Below, piece after piece: positions 8,392-17,443 of a stretch of 53,060 nt of DNA. Position numbers and translations under genes: made by a program. Source of the DNA: a virus (lineage: Duplodnaviria > Caudoviricetes); the IMG/VR virus record IMGVR_UViG_3300048848_000290, positions 1 to 53,060 of that record; one strand, written 5' to 3'. Numbering within the stretch: position 1 is the first letter of the stretch; every line of letters begins with the position of its first letter. The notes beneath the pieces are model-generated. The model ran no database searches, was not told the origin of the DNA, and saw nothing but the letters and a program-made list of their open reading frames with translations.

Positions 8392-10326
8392 TTAATGGAT
8401 GGCTGCCGCAAGCATTGCCAAAACGTCGTTCAACTGCTTCTGGCTGAACGGTTTAGCCAACCGGGTCAAACCGGCACCCTCGCTGCCAGGTAGTTCGGCA
8501 TATCCCGTAGCAAGGACCACTTGGATCGCTGGATATTGCTCGGCAATCTGTTGCGCCAGTTCCGCTCCTGTCATCTGAGGCATGGCATGATCCGTGATGA
8601 CGACATCAGGACACGGTCCCTCTCGCAGAAGCCGGAGCGCCTCTTCTCCCGAATTCGCCTCGAGCACCTTGTGTCCAAGATCTTCCAGCATCAGCACGGT
8701 GTTCATCAGCACAAGGCTATCGTCGTCTACCGCCATGATCGTAAGGGGAGGAACTGAAGCGACTGACGTTGTCTCAACGGCGGGCTCAGGCGGCGCGGCA
8801 GCGTCCGCCACAGGAAGCCAGAGCTCCGCGGTGGTACCCTGGCCTTTGCTCGACTTCATGATCAGGCGGCCCCCTGACTGAGCCATCAGGCCCTGCACCA
8901 TCGAAAGCCCCAGTCCGGTCCCCTTGCCGATTCCTTTCGTCGTGAAGAATGGCGTGGTTGCCTTTTCGAGCGTTTCTGCGTCCATTCCTTCGCCTTCGTC
9001 CTTGACCGAGAGGCAGACGTATTGGCCAGGCGGCAGATCCTGAACCTGTTTCGGTTTTAGGGCATGCTTCCGTGCAGAGATCTCGATCGTGCCACCATCC
9101 GGCATCGCGTCGCGCGCGTTCACCACCAGATTAAGCAGCGCGCTCTCGAGCTGGTTCGGATCCGACCATACAGGGGGCATCGAGAGTGGAAACGTCGTGC
9201 TGATCTCGATCTTGGGGCCGATCGATCGTTGCAATAGCTCAGCCATCTCTCTCACCAGCGCCGGTGCATCCACGGCTTCGAGCTTAAGATCCTGCTTGCG
9301 GGAGAAGGCAAGCAACCGCTGTGTCAACGAGGCCCCGCGCTTGGCGCCAATGATCGCGTTGTCGATTAGCTCGACAACATTCTGGCCTTCGAGCGCCCTC
9401 TTCCGAGCAATCTCTAGGCTGCCGAGGATCGCCATCAGGAGGTTGTTGAAGTCATGCGCAACGCCGCCGGTCAGTTGGCCAACGGCTTCCATCTTCTGCG
9501 CTTGGACGAGTTCCTGTTGGGCTTGTTCCAACGCCTGCTGAGCCTGCTTCTTTTCGGTGATATCGCGTGTGATCTTCGCGAAACCGATGAGTTTGCCATC
9601 GTCACCATGGATCACGTCGATGATAACGTTCGCCCAGAAGCGTGTGCCGTCTTTGCGAAGCCTCCATCCCTCCTTTTCAAAGCGACCGTCTCGCTTCGCG
9701 ATTTCTAATGCCTTCCTGGGAAGTTCTTCCGCCCGGTCCTCCTCCGTATAGAAGCGAGAGAAATGCTGTCCGATAATTTCGTCCGGCTGATAACCCTTGA
9801 TGCGCTCCGCACCGGCGTTCCAGCTCGCGACGTTCCCGTTCGGATCCAGCATATAAATCGCATAGTCCGTAACACCCTGCACCAGGAGGCGAAACTGCTC
9901 CTGGCTTCGCCTCAGCACCTCCTCGGCGACTTTTCGTTCCGAGAGATCCCGGGTGATCTTGGCAAAACCGAGGAGCTGGCCATGCTGGTCGCGGATGGCG
10001 TCGATGATGACATGCGCCCAGAAGCGTCCACCGTCTTTACGGACACGCCATCCCTCTGCTTCAAAACGCCCTTCGGCTTCGGCAGTCGCGAGTGCTCGGG
10101 TGGGAACGCCCGCTGCAAGGTCTTCAGGCGTGTAGAAACGCGAGAAGTGCTCTCCGAGGATCTCGGACTCGGTATAGCCTTTGAAACGCTGGGCGCCGGC
10201 ATTCCAACTTGATATCCGGCCTTCCGTGTCGAGCATATAGATCGCGTAGTCAGTGATGGCGTCGACGAGGAGGCGGTATCGTCCTTCATTGGACGCGGCC
10301 TGAAGCGTGGTGACATGCGCAGTCAT
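8392..10326 (-). CDS. Soluble hybrid sensor histidine kinase (PAS-PAS-HisKA-HATPase-REC)
   Basis: Two similar PAS/PAC repeats; H-box GQLTGGVAHDFNNLL; N/G1/F/G2 boxes (NARDAM, DEGEGM, PFFTTK, GTGLGL); receiver VDDD...TDHAMP...KPF; likely start 10326 after AAGGA. Confidence 0.93.
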   Translation of the reverse strand: MTAHVTTLQAASNEGRYRLLVDAITDYAIYMLDTEGRISSWNAGAQRFKGYTESEILGEHFSRFYTPEDLAAGVPTRALATAEAEGRFEAEGWRVRKDGGRFWAHVIIDAIRDQHGQLLGFAKITRDLSERKVAEEVLRRSQEQFRLLVQGVTDYAIYMLDPNGNVASWNAGAERIKGYQPDEIIGQHFSRFYTEEDRAEELPRKALEIAKRDGRFEKEGWRLRKDGTRFWANVIIDVIHGDDGKLIGFAKITRDITEKKQAQQALEQAQQELVQAQKMEAVGQLTGGVAHDFNNLLMAILGSLEIARKRALEGQNVVELIDNAIIGAKRGASLTQRLLAFSRKQDLKLEAVDAPALVREMAELLQRSIGPKIEISTTFPLSMPPVWSDPNQLESALLNLVVNARDAMPDGGTIEISARKHALKPKQVQDLPPGQYVCLSVKDEGEGMDAETLEKATTPFFTTKGIGKGTGLGLSMVQGLMAQSGGRLIMKSSKGQGTTAELWLPVADAAAPPEPAVETTSVASVPPLTIMAVDDDSLVLMNTVLMLEDLGHKVLEANSGEEALRLLREGPCPDVVITDHAMPQMTGAELAQQIAEQYPAIQVVLATGYAELPGSEGAGLTRLAKPFSQKQLNDVLAMLAAAIH

Positions 10327-10551
10327 CTGTATCCTTCCCGGAAAGATTGGGCTTTCCGTTGACGGACATGTAGACGCTCTCTGCCTCACGGCAAGAAGCC
10401 TGCGCCGAAACAACCGCCGACGATACGTTTAAGACACGCGCTAGCTACAGGTGGTGGTCCATGACAGTTTGATAAAAGCCTCCTCCAACCAGCGGGTAGC
10501 CGACGTCTGCTCGATCGGTACAATCAATCTGCTCAACAAGGACACACTGCA

Positions 10552-10695
10552 TTGAGTTCTACTACCGACTTCGTTGCCGAGTTGATCCGAGCTGCCAATC
10601 AAATCGATAAGCTGACGGCGCTGGAAAAGAACCGGCTGCTGGATCGTGCCGCCACGGTCGTGCGGCTAAAGCGGGGCTCTTTTTGTTTGGCGTAA
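10552..10695 (+). pseudogene. Truncated paralog of the 12234-12551 gene
   Basis: MSSTTDFVAELIRAANQIDKL...RLLDRA versus MSSTNDFIAELVRAANKVETL...RLLNRA; shares the 20-bp GGACACACTGCATTGAGTTC at the start. Confidence 0.7.
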
Positions 10696-10747
10696 AATCG
10701 ACGCCCTGCTTCTTCAACCCGTTTGGCAACTCGGTAATGTTCCAGGC

Positions 10748-11023
10748 ATGGACAAGGTCGCGCGAGACAATCTAATCGTGAAGATGCGTGCTGACGGGGA
10801 AACCATCCCAGCGATTGCGAAGGTACTAGGGCTGTCTGTGGCAATGATCAAAATCGTCCTGCAAAACCATGCCTATTGCATTGTTTCCACTCAGCCGCCG
10901 GAAGGCATGAGCATCCGGACAGCATGGCTCATTTGCCGGTCTCTTGGCACCTGGCCCACATCTGCCAACGCCGAAGAGCTTGCTCATAGGAAGCAGGCGT
11001 TCATGAGGGCACCCGGCACATAG
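10748..11023 (+). CDS. Small N-terminal HTH protein (possibly amber-truncated)
   Basis: RDNLIVKMRADGETIPAIAKVLGLSVAMIK HTH; frame stays open for 20 codons after the TAG. Confidence 0.55.
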   Translation: MDKVARDNLIVKMRADGETIPAIAKVLGLSVAMIKIVLQNHAYCIVSTQPPEGMSIRTAWLICRSLGTWPTSANAEELAHRKQAFMRAPGT

Positions 11024-11145
11024 CGGAAAGATTGGCGCGAGTTCGACGACTGGGTCATGCGAGGTTGCCAGTCGGGCGAGCAATGAAGGCAGCATTGTCC
11101 GGAATTGCCGCAAGTACTAGCTTGTTTCCCCAGCAAGACTGGAAT

Positions 11146-11400
11146 TTAGGTACTGCTTTCAAGCGAGAACGCATCTCGTATGGTCGCCAACAGCGCTGAG
11201 TTGGCTGCAGGAATTGTTACCCACCGATCCCGCCCCTGGATTCGCCGGCGAGCCTGATACCTGACAATCGGATACCCCATTATGGGAGTGCGCACCGACA
11301 TCCGGAAGACGACGCCGTCAATCATTCGTTCAACCATCACTGGGACCATTGCATCGCCTCTCTCCAAGGGAGTTTCTCGATCCATGTTCGCAGATGGCAT
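11146..11400 (-). CDS. Hypothetical protein
   Basis: 84 aa ORF; start uncertain. Confidence 0.35.
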   Translation of the reverse strand: MPSANMDRETPLERGDAMVPVMVERMIDGVVFRMSVRTPIMGYPIVRYQARRRIQGRDRWVTIPAANSALLATIRDAFSLESST

Positions 11401-11467
11401 TTAACAAAGGGGAAAAACCATTGGCACTTTGCTCAGCAGGAACTACCGGAATTGCACCCCAGGCCGT

Positions 11468-11695
11468 CTACGCTCGCACCACACGACCGATCTTGGTGAG
11501 GTAGGCGACAATCTCGTATTTGAGATGGCCGCGCTCCCCAAAAGCCTTGGACACAAGCTCGATGCGACGATAGGCTTCCTTATCGGTCGGATCGACCGGT
11601 TCCGCAACAACGTACCCAACGGTTCCGATCGCCTGGATATTGCTTCCCGCCTCGATCATGGCGGCCACAAACGCTTCAACTTCATCTTTGGTCAT
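11468..11695 (-). CDS. Hypothetical protein
   Basis: MTKDEVEAFVAAMIEAG... globular-looking 75 aa ORF. Confidence 0.55.
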   Translation of the reverse strand: MTKDEVEAFVAAMIEAGSNIQAIGTVGYVVAEPVDPTDKEAYRRIELVSKAFGERGHLKYEIVAYLTKIGRVVRA

Positions 11696-11824
11696 GTAAG
11701 AAGTTGAGCATATTTGCACCGCTGCGCAACCCTCAGATCTGATAGGCTCGCGGCCGTTTGTATTGCTACCAACGATCTGCCGTTGCGACTTGACTCCCGT
11801 TCAGAGGGTGGCAATGCTACTTCA

Positions 11825-12043
11825 ATGAGTCCCGACCGCTTCAACGAGTGCATGCGCCATATCCGCTGGACGCCCATCAATCTGGCGTCGGCGTTGCAGT
11901 GTGACCTGTCCTGGATCGAAGCGCTTGAAACGGGCAACGAAGAGGTGCCCGCCGGCCTTGCGGCTTGGCTGGAAACGCTCGCCCAAGCTCATGAAGCTCT
12001 TCCCCCACCCACAACTTACAGGCGCCAGAGGGCAGGACTTTGA
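11825..12043 (+). CDS. Small XRE-like HTH protein
   Basis: MSPDRFNECMRHIRWTPINLASALQCD...ETG..EVP..LA.WLE.LA. Confidence 0.7.
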   Translation: MSPDRFNECMRHIRWTPINLASALQCDLSWIEALETGNEEVPAGLAAWLETLAQAHEALPPPTTYRRQRAGL

Positions 12044-12237
12044 TTACAATGGCCGCGCCCCGCTTCGATATCCGCAAGGACAGCGACACCACGTGGGAGA
12101 TATTCGATACCACGACCGGCAGGACGGCAATTATTGGCGGAAAACCATACTTTGACCTGCCACTCGACAGCGCAGACACCCTCGCCGATTTCATGAACTC
12201 GGCAGGTATGGTGCCCGACAGGGACACACTGCATTGA
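12040..12237 (+). CDS. Hypothetical protein
   Basis: Coupled to neighbours by TTGA overlaps. Confidence 0.6.
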   Translation: MITMAAPRFDIRKDSDTTWEIFDTTTGRTAIIGGKPYFDLPLDSADTLADFMNSAGMVPDRDTLH

Positions 12238-12551
12238 GTTCGACGAACGACTTCATTGCGGAACTAGTCCGGGCCGCGAATAAGGTCGAGACGCTCCATG
12301 GCGAAGAAGCCCGCCGTCTACTCAACCGGGCGATAACGACGATCCGCGATATGCGGGAGACGATCGGGATACCTCGCAGCAACACGGCGGCCGACGCCGT
12401 GATCGACCTGCAGACGACAGCTGTGGCCCTCGGCTTGGGTAACCGATCGCCCGATCAGGTCAAGGCTGCCCTGCTGGATGCCGCCGGAATAATCCGGGAC
12501 CTGCATATCGTGCTGGACACGGGGACGGAAATTCAGATCGAGCAGAAATGA
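12234..12551 (+). CDS. Hypothetical protein
   Basis: 105 aa helical ORF, coupled to upstream gene; paralog fragment at 10552. Confidence 0.7.
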   Translation: MSSTNDFIAELVRAANKVETLHGEEARRLLNRAITTIRDMRETIGIPRSNTAADAVIDLQTTAVALGLGNRSPDQVKAALLDAAGIIRDLHIVLDTGTEIQIEQK

Positions 12552-12570
12552 AAACGGGGCCGAAGCCCCG
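12551..12570 (-). terminator. Rho-independent terminator
   Basis: Minus strand CGGGGC-TTCG-GCCCCG-TTTT just after the KilA-N gene. Confidence 0.65.
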
Positions 12571-12579
12571 CCATCACAA

Positions 12580-13353
12580 TCACACCAGACGTCTCTGCCT
12601 ATTCCTGCGATCTCCTTCAATTGCGGTTCTTATGGACAGGGCTGCGAGCTTAGTTTCATCGCGGCACGCTAAGAAACCCTGTGCGTCCTGATCTTCAATC
12701 CGTTCAGACGCAAGCGCTTCCGATGCCATCGTGTAGGCAACCTCGGATAGAGTCATGTTATCTCGGAGGTTAGCCTTTGGGTGCAGCTTTCGGGAAATTT
12801 TGAGGTCTTTCGCGGTGCCGCCTAACAAATGCTTGTACAGCTCGTTAGTGCAAGTGGCGTATTCGAATGGACGTGTAAGCCCGTGTGCTTTCAACGTATC
12901 GGTATATGTGCGCAGCACTCGCTTGCCGATTTCGCGGTGTTCTTCAAAGATCTGAGCGCGCTTGGCTCTATTGACCGTGATCTCGTCATGGAGGGTCTCG
13001 TCCCCTTTTCGGAAACGGAGAAAAGCGTCCCGAATCTCAACTGCCAGCGTTGGGGAGAGATAGGCGGCGTAGGCAAGAGCCATGTTTTCATGCACCCATG
13101 TTCCCCCATCCGCCCCCCGCTTAGTGTAAGCTATTGATCTAATTTCTTCTTTCGTCCAATTACGGGATTTTCCCGTAATTTTCTTTAGAAGAGCAGAATA
13201 TTCCCGCTGATAGGTGCTCAAACGCATCCAGTCGCCCGGAGTTTGGTTCTTCGAGAAACCCGCCGCCTTGAACAGATCGTTGAGGCAAATTAATCCCTTT
13301 TCATCAACCCTGATACGAGCGGATTTGAAAAGCACTACCTTCATTTGCATCAT
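12580..13353 (-). CDS. KilA-N domain DNA-binding protein (antirepressor-like)
   Basis: IRVDEKGLICLNDLFKAAG...P.DW.R...KRG..GGTWVH...A..YA..LSP. Confidence 0.85.
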   Translation of the reverse strand: MMQMKVVLFKSARIRVDEKGLICLNDLFKAAGFSKNQTPGDWMRLSTYQREYSALLKKITGKSRNWTKEEIRSIAYTKRGADGGTWVHENMALAYAAYLSPTLAVEIRDAFLRFRKGDETLHDEITVNRAKRAQIFEEHREIGKRVLRTYTDTLKAHGLTRPFEYATCTNELYKHLLGGTAKDLKISRKLHPKANLRDNMTLSEVAYTMASEALASERIEDQDAQGFLACRDETKLAALSIRTAIEGDRRNRQRRLV

Positions 13354-13600
13354 GGGATATAAATCCTTCTTTATATCGAGATGCGGCAGCTACGCTATTG
13401 ACACGACCCTGTGGATAAATACATCAATGCCACACGTGATCACGAGCTTACCGCCTGGTTAGCGAAAAAGGCCCGATTGGTGTGCAACCACCTTTCGGGC
13501 CGCCCTATTCATCGGATGAATCCGGCGAACCTGATATTCTTCCTCCTCGAAATCTGATTCGGCAAGTTGCGGTTCTCGTCTATCGACAACAATTTCTGCT

Positions 13601-14233
13601 CTAGGGGCCTGGCGCGTTCACCCGCTGTCTCTCGACTCGATCAAGCCGCTCCCTCAGATCGAGAATGATATCGCGCTGGCCGTAAACGCTCCCCTGCGCG
13701 GTCTTCACCTCGTCGATCTGGCGTTGCTGGTCCTGGAACCGCTGGTCGTAGTTCGCCCACACACGGTCCAGCTCTTGGCGTGGAACCTGGGCGTCACGGA
13801 CTTCCTTGAGCCCCGCCTCCGATCGGGCCCGATCCTCCGATCCGCGGTTCGTCCGCCATTCCATCTCCTTTTGCGTCACCATCTTTTCGGTGATGATCGT
13901 GATCGAGCCTTTGAGATCGGTCGTCGCGCTCTGGATCGGCCAGTAGACCAGGCCGCCGACAATGGTGCAGAACGAGAGCGCCACCGCGATAGCCTGCCAC
14001 TGAGGCTTGTTTCGCTCGGCGATGTTCGTGGACAGCGCGGCGACAGACGACCGCATCTCCGACGACATCGCCGCCATCGAGGATTCGATCTGCTTGAAGC
14101 CCGATCGCATTTCGCCTTCCAGGTCGGACTGTCGGCGGCCGAGGTTGGTTACCCGCTCCCCGAGCTGGGCGGTCAAGGCATCTGAGTAAACTCGGTGTTC
14201 TGCGCCATTGGGCATCTCTTCGTTCCCTGCCAT
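13601..14233 (-). CDS. Coiled-coil protein with one TM helix (lysis-region associated)
   Basis: TM WQAIAVALSFCTIVGGLVYWPI between coiled coils; same strand and GC-rich codon use as the late genes. Confidence 0.65.
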   Translation of the reverse strand: MAGNEEMPNGAEHRVYSDALTAQLGERVTNLGRRQSDLEGEMRSGFKQIESSMAAMSSEMRSSVAALSTNIAERNKPQWQAIAVALSFCTIVGGLVYWPIQSATTDLKGSITIITEKMVTQKEMEWRTNRGSEDRARSEAGLKEVRDAQVPRQELDRVWANYDQRFQDQQRQIDEVKTAQGSVYGQRDIILDLRERLDRVERQRVNAPGP

Positions 14234-14465
14234 TGGTCCTGCTGCCCTTTCAATGCGTCAGTACAAATTCGGTGGTCTGTTCTTGTTCCGGTCCCGTTGA
14301 CCATCGCGCCGACCGCTCCATGTTTCCGCTGCGGACGGAGACTGTAGACTCGACTCAGTATCGAATGAGAGTAGATTGTTGACATCGGCACCAACCGAAC
14401 AGGTAGGCGGTGACGACTGAGGGTTACTTTGTGCTCCCGCCTGCGGCGTGTCAGGAGGAGCGGTA

Positions 14466-14720
14466 ATGTTGCCCTCCCAAGCTTCCCAATTTTCTGATGC
14501 AAGACCCCTCCTCATGAGGTGGGCAAAACACATCGCTCCTACCGAAGAGCAACAGACCTTCCTCGTCGACCGGACGATTATGGTTGCAAGTTGCGATCCT
14601 GATTCCCTGGAGGATGGTCCAATCGATCGGGCGATGTTTTCATTGATGTTGGAAATCGCACGGTTTGAAGCTCATCTTCCAGTCTCGATATCCGCACCAA
14701 TGCCACCGTCAGAGACCTGA
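14466..14720 (+). CDS. Small protein resembling an isolated ECF-sigma region 2 / PhyR sigma-like domain
   Basis: PLLMRWAKHI...LVDRTIMVA..DPDSLEDG...AMFSLM; AGGAGGAG RBS. Confidence 0.55.
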   Translation: MLPSQASQFSDARPLLMRWAKHIAPTEEQQTFLVDRTIMVASCDPDSLEDGPIDRAMFSLMLEIARFEAHLPVSISAPMPPSET

Positions 14721-14876
14721 CTTACGCTTTTCGTCTTGTTCTGGGGTACCGGTTTCGGAGGATCCCCGCGCCAAGCCCATGCCCGAACGAATTCCAGCGT
14801 CCACTTTACAATCGCCAGTTCCGTGCGAAGCCGATCGATCGCATCCGCCAAAACCGTTTGGGGAGATGGGATGTAG

Positions 14877-14901
14877 GGAACCAAATCTTCGCGAGGTGCT
14901 T
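14877..14901 (+). promoter_or_regulatory. sigma-EcfG/RpoE2-type promoter motif
   Basis: GGAAC-N18-TT upstream of the 14993 ORF and DUF982 pair. Confidence 0.55.
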
Positions 14902-14992
14902 GTAGCGCAGGTTCGGTCCTGTCCGGGCTCAGAGGCTCGCCAGTGACACAGCGGCGGGCCTCGATTGCTTCTGCATTGATGCGGAGAGAAGC

Positions 14993-15166
14993 TTGACCCA
15001 GAGAAGCCATTACGAGTCCGGAATGAGCATCATATTTGATGTGTTGACCAAGTCCACCGTGATCACCTTCCGTGAGAAGATCAAACTGCTCGGCCCCTTC
15101 ATTGACAGGACGGCAGCCATTACCGCGTCCGAGGAATACTGTAGGTCCAAGGGATGGATTGGTTAA
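14993..15166 (+). CDS. Small hypothetical protein (not in ORF track)
   Basis: 57 aa, TTG start after GGAGAG: MTQRSHYESGMSIIFDVLTKSTVITFREKIKLLGPFIDRTAAITASEEYCRSKGWIG. Confidence 0.6.
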   Translation: MTQRSHYESGMSIIFDVLTKSTVITFREKIKLLGPFIDRTAAITASEEYCRSKGWIG

Positions 15167-15285
15167 CGTCGCATTCGTTTCGGGCTAGGGAGACCTGCTC
15201 TTGGACGGCCAGCCGATTGCGTTTGCTATATCGATAGAAAGAGCGCGTGATGATCGGGAGGCATCAAGCCGCCTGGAGAATAGAA

Positions 15286-15534
15286 ATGGTCAGCGAATGG
15301 AAAAACTCGGTTTATATCCGCATCGGTACCGGTAGCGTCGAGATTATCACCGGAGCTGGTGATGCTTTCGCTGCGCTCAACACTCGTTGGCCCGGCGAAC
15401 ACGGCCCCCACTACAATTTAGCGAAACGGATTTGCGGTATGGCGGCTGCCGGAGATATCTCTTCCGAAGTCGCCAGGGAAGCGTTCATCGCGGCGGCCCT
15501 TGAGGCATCTGTTCTGGACGAGCGCGTTCGTTGA
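15286..15534 (+). CDS. DUF982-family protein
   Basis: W...V.IRIG.G....I....DA...L..RWP...G..Y..A...C.......AREAFIAAALEA.VL. Confidence 0.85.
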   Translation: MVSEWKNSVYIRIGTGSVEIITGAGDAFAALNTRWPGEHGPHYNLAKRICGMAAAGDISSEVAREAFIAAALEASVLDERVR

Positions 15535-15624
15535 CGCTGGCAGATCGACGCCGATTGTCGTTGCTAAGTGGCACGGAAGAGCGCGTAGTATCGCCTGCAG
15601 GATTATGCTGGTAGGAGAGAGATC

Positions 15625-15891
15625 GTGCAGTGGAAGCGAAATCCGACCTACAGAGCCGGCGTTCAATGGACCGCGCCCGTTGCTGTTCGCATCGGTTACG
15701 GTTCGCCTGAAATGATCCAGAACGCTGCGGACGCGCTGGAATTCCTTGAAAGACGTTGGAGGCATGAGCGCGAGGAACAGTATCAGGCTGCCAAGCAAGC
15801 GTGTAGGGGCGCTCTCTTCCATAGTCGTTCGAGCTCCGTGGCCAGGGACGCTTTCATAGCTGCTGCCGTTGAGGCATACGTTCTTGCTTAA
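15625..15891 (+). CDS. DUF982-family protein
   Basis: WTAPVAVRIGYG..E.I..A.DALEFL..RW....A..AC..AL......ARDAFIAAAVEA.VL. Confidence 0.85.
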   Translation: MQWKRNPTYRAGVQWTAPVAVRIGYGSPEMIQNAADALEFLERRWRHEREEQYQAAKQACRGALFHSRSSSVARDAFIAAAVEAYVLA

Positions 15892-16188
15892 TTGCGCGAG
15901 CGATGTGGTGCTACCGCCGGATGTGATGCGTGAATTGCTAAGGTACTGGGAGGCGCCCACATCGCCAGCGTGAAATGCTTTGCTTAGGCCATAGGGCGCC
16001 TGCGGGCGGACTCGCCTGCATTTCACGCACGTCCATCTGGGGGATGGGTTGGGTGAACCTGTGAGATCGAATTTTGGAACTGGCCTCCGTGTTGGTTTCG
16101 CATCCAGAGCGGCGGCAGGCATCACTTTGTTGTTGCTATATCGATGCAAACAGCGCGTTGTGTGGTGGGGGACGCCAAGGAGGATGCC

Positions 16189-16404
16189 ATGTCCGTTCAA
16201 TGGAAGATTCAGGTCCGCGATTTGCTCAAGACATTTTTGTCGCGGTTCGGCATGAGTGAGCACGTCCCACCTACTCAAAAGGTCGATCTGCAGGGACCAA
16301 ATCAGCATTATCAAAATCCAGGTAGGGACAAGAACCACCCGGGTGACGATGCCGACGTTCGCGCGTCTACGGAGCTCCACAAAGAGCAAGCGGCTAAGCT
16401 CTGA
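16189..16404 (+). CDS. Small hydrophilic hypothetical protein
   Basis: AAGGAGG RBS before ATG 16189. Confidence 0.5.
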   Translation: MSVQWKIQVRDLLKTFLSRFGMSEHVPPTQKVDLQGPNQHYQNPGRDKNHPGDDADVRASTELHKEQAAKL

Positions 16405-16777
16405 ATGACGTCCAGGCTGGATGATACCGGCGGCCGGTATCATCTGCGAGACTTGGCTTGTCTTGCAAAGGGCGTTTTCTGTCGAAGACGACGGATTTTA
16501 CGTGGCATCCATGGCGGTCGAAATATTGCGGGTGGCTGGTTTGGAACACGAGCCTCCGACTCTAGTTCTGCGGCATGGTTCTGACGGATGAGCAGCGAAA
16601 GAAGATATTCGAGGAAGGGAAGCAGGCGGCCGCCCTCGGAAAGAGCAGGCGATCTTGCCCGTATCTCGACGACGAGACCCCGGAGCGCATTTACATCTGG
16701 ATGGGCGGGTTCGACTCGGTCAGGCAGGGTCTGTAACGGGCTGTTAAGCGTAAGCCCTCCTAATGCTCTCGCGCCCG

Positions 16778-16802
16778 GGAACGGTGGCATACGACCGACG
16801 TT
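16778..16802 (+). promoter_or_regulatory. sigma-EcfG/RpoE2-type promoter motif
   Basis: GGAAC-N16-CGTT, full consensus, 25 nt before ATG 16828. Confidence 0.7.
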
Positions 16803-16827
16803 TGGCCTCGGCAAGTCGGAGAGGCAT

Positions 16828-16992
16828 ATGAACGTGTGGTGTTTTTGGGGAGCTGCCGTGCTGCAGCTTTGGTTCGGGTTCTATCTCATTCGTCGTAACT
16901 TTCGTGGCAAAATGTCAAACGACCTGCTGGCAGCGTGGAACGGCTACTCTATCTCCCCACCGACATGGGAGAATGACTTCGTACGGGAATGA
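16828..16992 (+). CDS. Small putative membrane protein
   Basis: GGAGAGG RBS; hydrophobic N-terminus MNVWCFWGAAVLQLWFGFYLIRR. Confidence 0.45.
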   Translation: MNVWCFWGAAVLQLWFGFYLIRRNFRGKMSNDLLAAWNGYSISPPTWENDFVRE

Positions 16993-17033
16993 AACCAGAA
17001 ACCAACGCACCACCGCTGTGTCTCGGGGAGCAG

Positions 17034-17135
17034 ATGACGCTTGCACCTATCCTGATCATTTTCGGTTTTGCCTTGCTAGCGGCCGTCGGATTGCTTGTCT
17101 TTCTTGCAAGCAAGCGACCGCCACCGGCAGTTTAA
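17034..17135 (+). CDS. 33-aa single-TM peptide (not in ORF track)
   Basis: MTLAPILIIFGFALLAAVGLLVFLASKRPPPAV; GGGGAG RBS. Confidence 0.5.
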   Translation: MTLAPILIIFGFALLAAVGLLVFLASKRPPPAV

Positions 17136-17208
17136 GGTTTCACGGACGACAGATGAACCGGACCTTTGCCCATCTGGAATGAAGACGCTCCAGGTGCTAG
17201 TTTAGCAA

Positions 17209-17430
17209 ATGCTCCAGAACCACAACCCTATTGTCGGCGCCTTTGAGCCCGAGGACTTGCAGATGCTCCAGCAGGTGCTGGAGAAAATCTGCGACCAACG
17301 CGGCATCCTGAAATCCTCGGCGTGTGCCGCGGATATTGCTGCTGATGTGATCACTCTCTATCAGAGCGGCTTATGGGGCGAGGTTCAACTCCATGCAATG
17401 CTGGCCTCTCCGGCGAACACCGGGGCCTGA
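17209..17430 (+). CDS. Small helical rhizobial hypothetical protein
   Basis: FEPEDLQMLQQVLEKIC..RGI...S..A...A..VI.LYQSG pattern. Confidence 0.65.
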   Translation: MLQNHNPIVGAFEPEDLQMLQQVLEKICDQRGILKSSACAADIAADVITLYQSGLWGEVQLHAMLASPANTGA

Positions 17431-17443
17431 ACGAGACGAAGGC

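Noticed and set aside
9550-10290. Internal DNA repeat in the kinase gene
   Set aside because: Explained by tandem PAS domains
8392-10326. Kinase as the direct PhyR-activating GSR kinase
   Set aside because: H-box is AHDFNN, not the HWE/HisKA_2 HRxxN type typical of GSR kinases
16076-16098. GGAAC upstream of the 16189 ORF as an EcfG promoter
   Set aside because: Spacing to TT is 15-16 nt, not 18
15418-16443. 341-aa minus-strand ORF
   Set aside because: Overlaps DUF982 and other plus-strand genes with good RBSs; sequence looks non-protein-like
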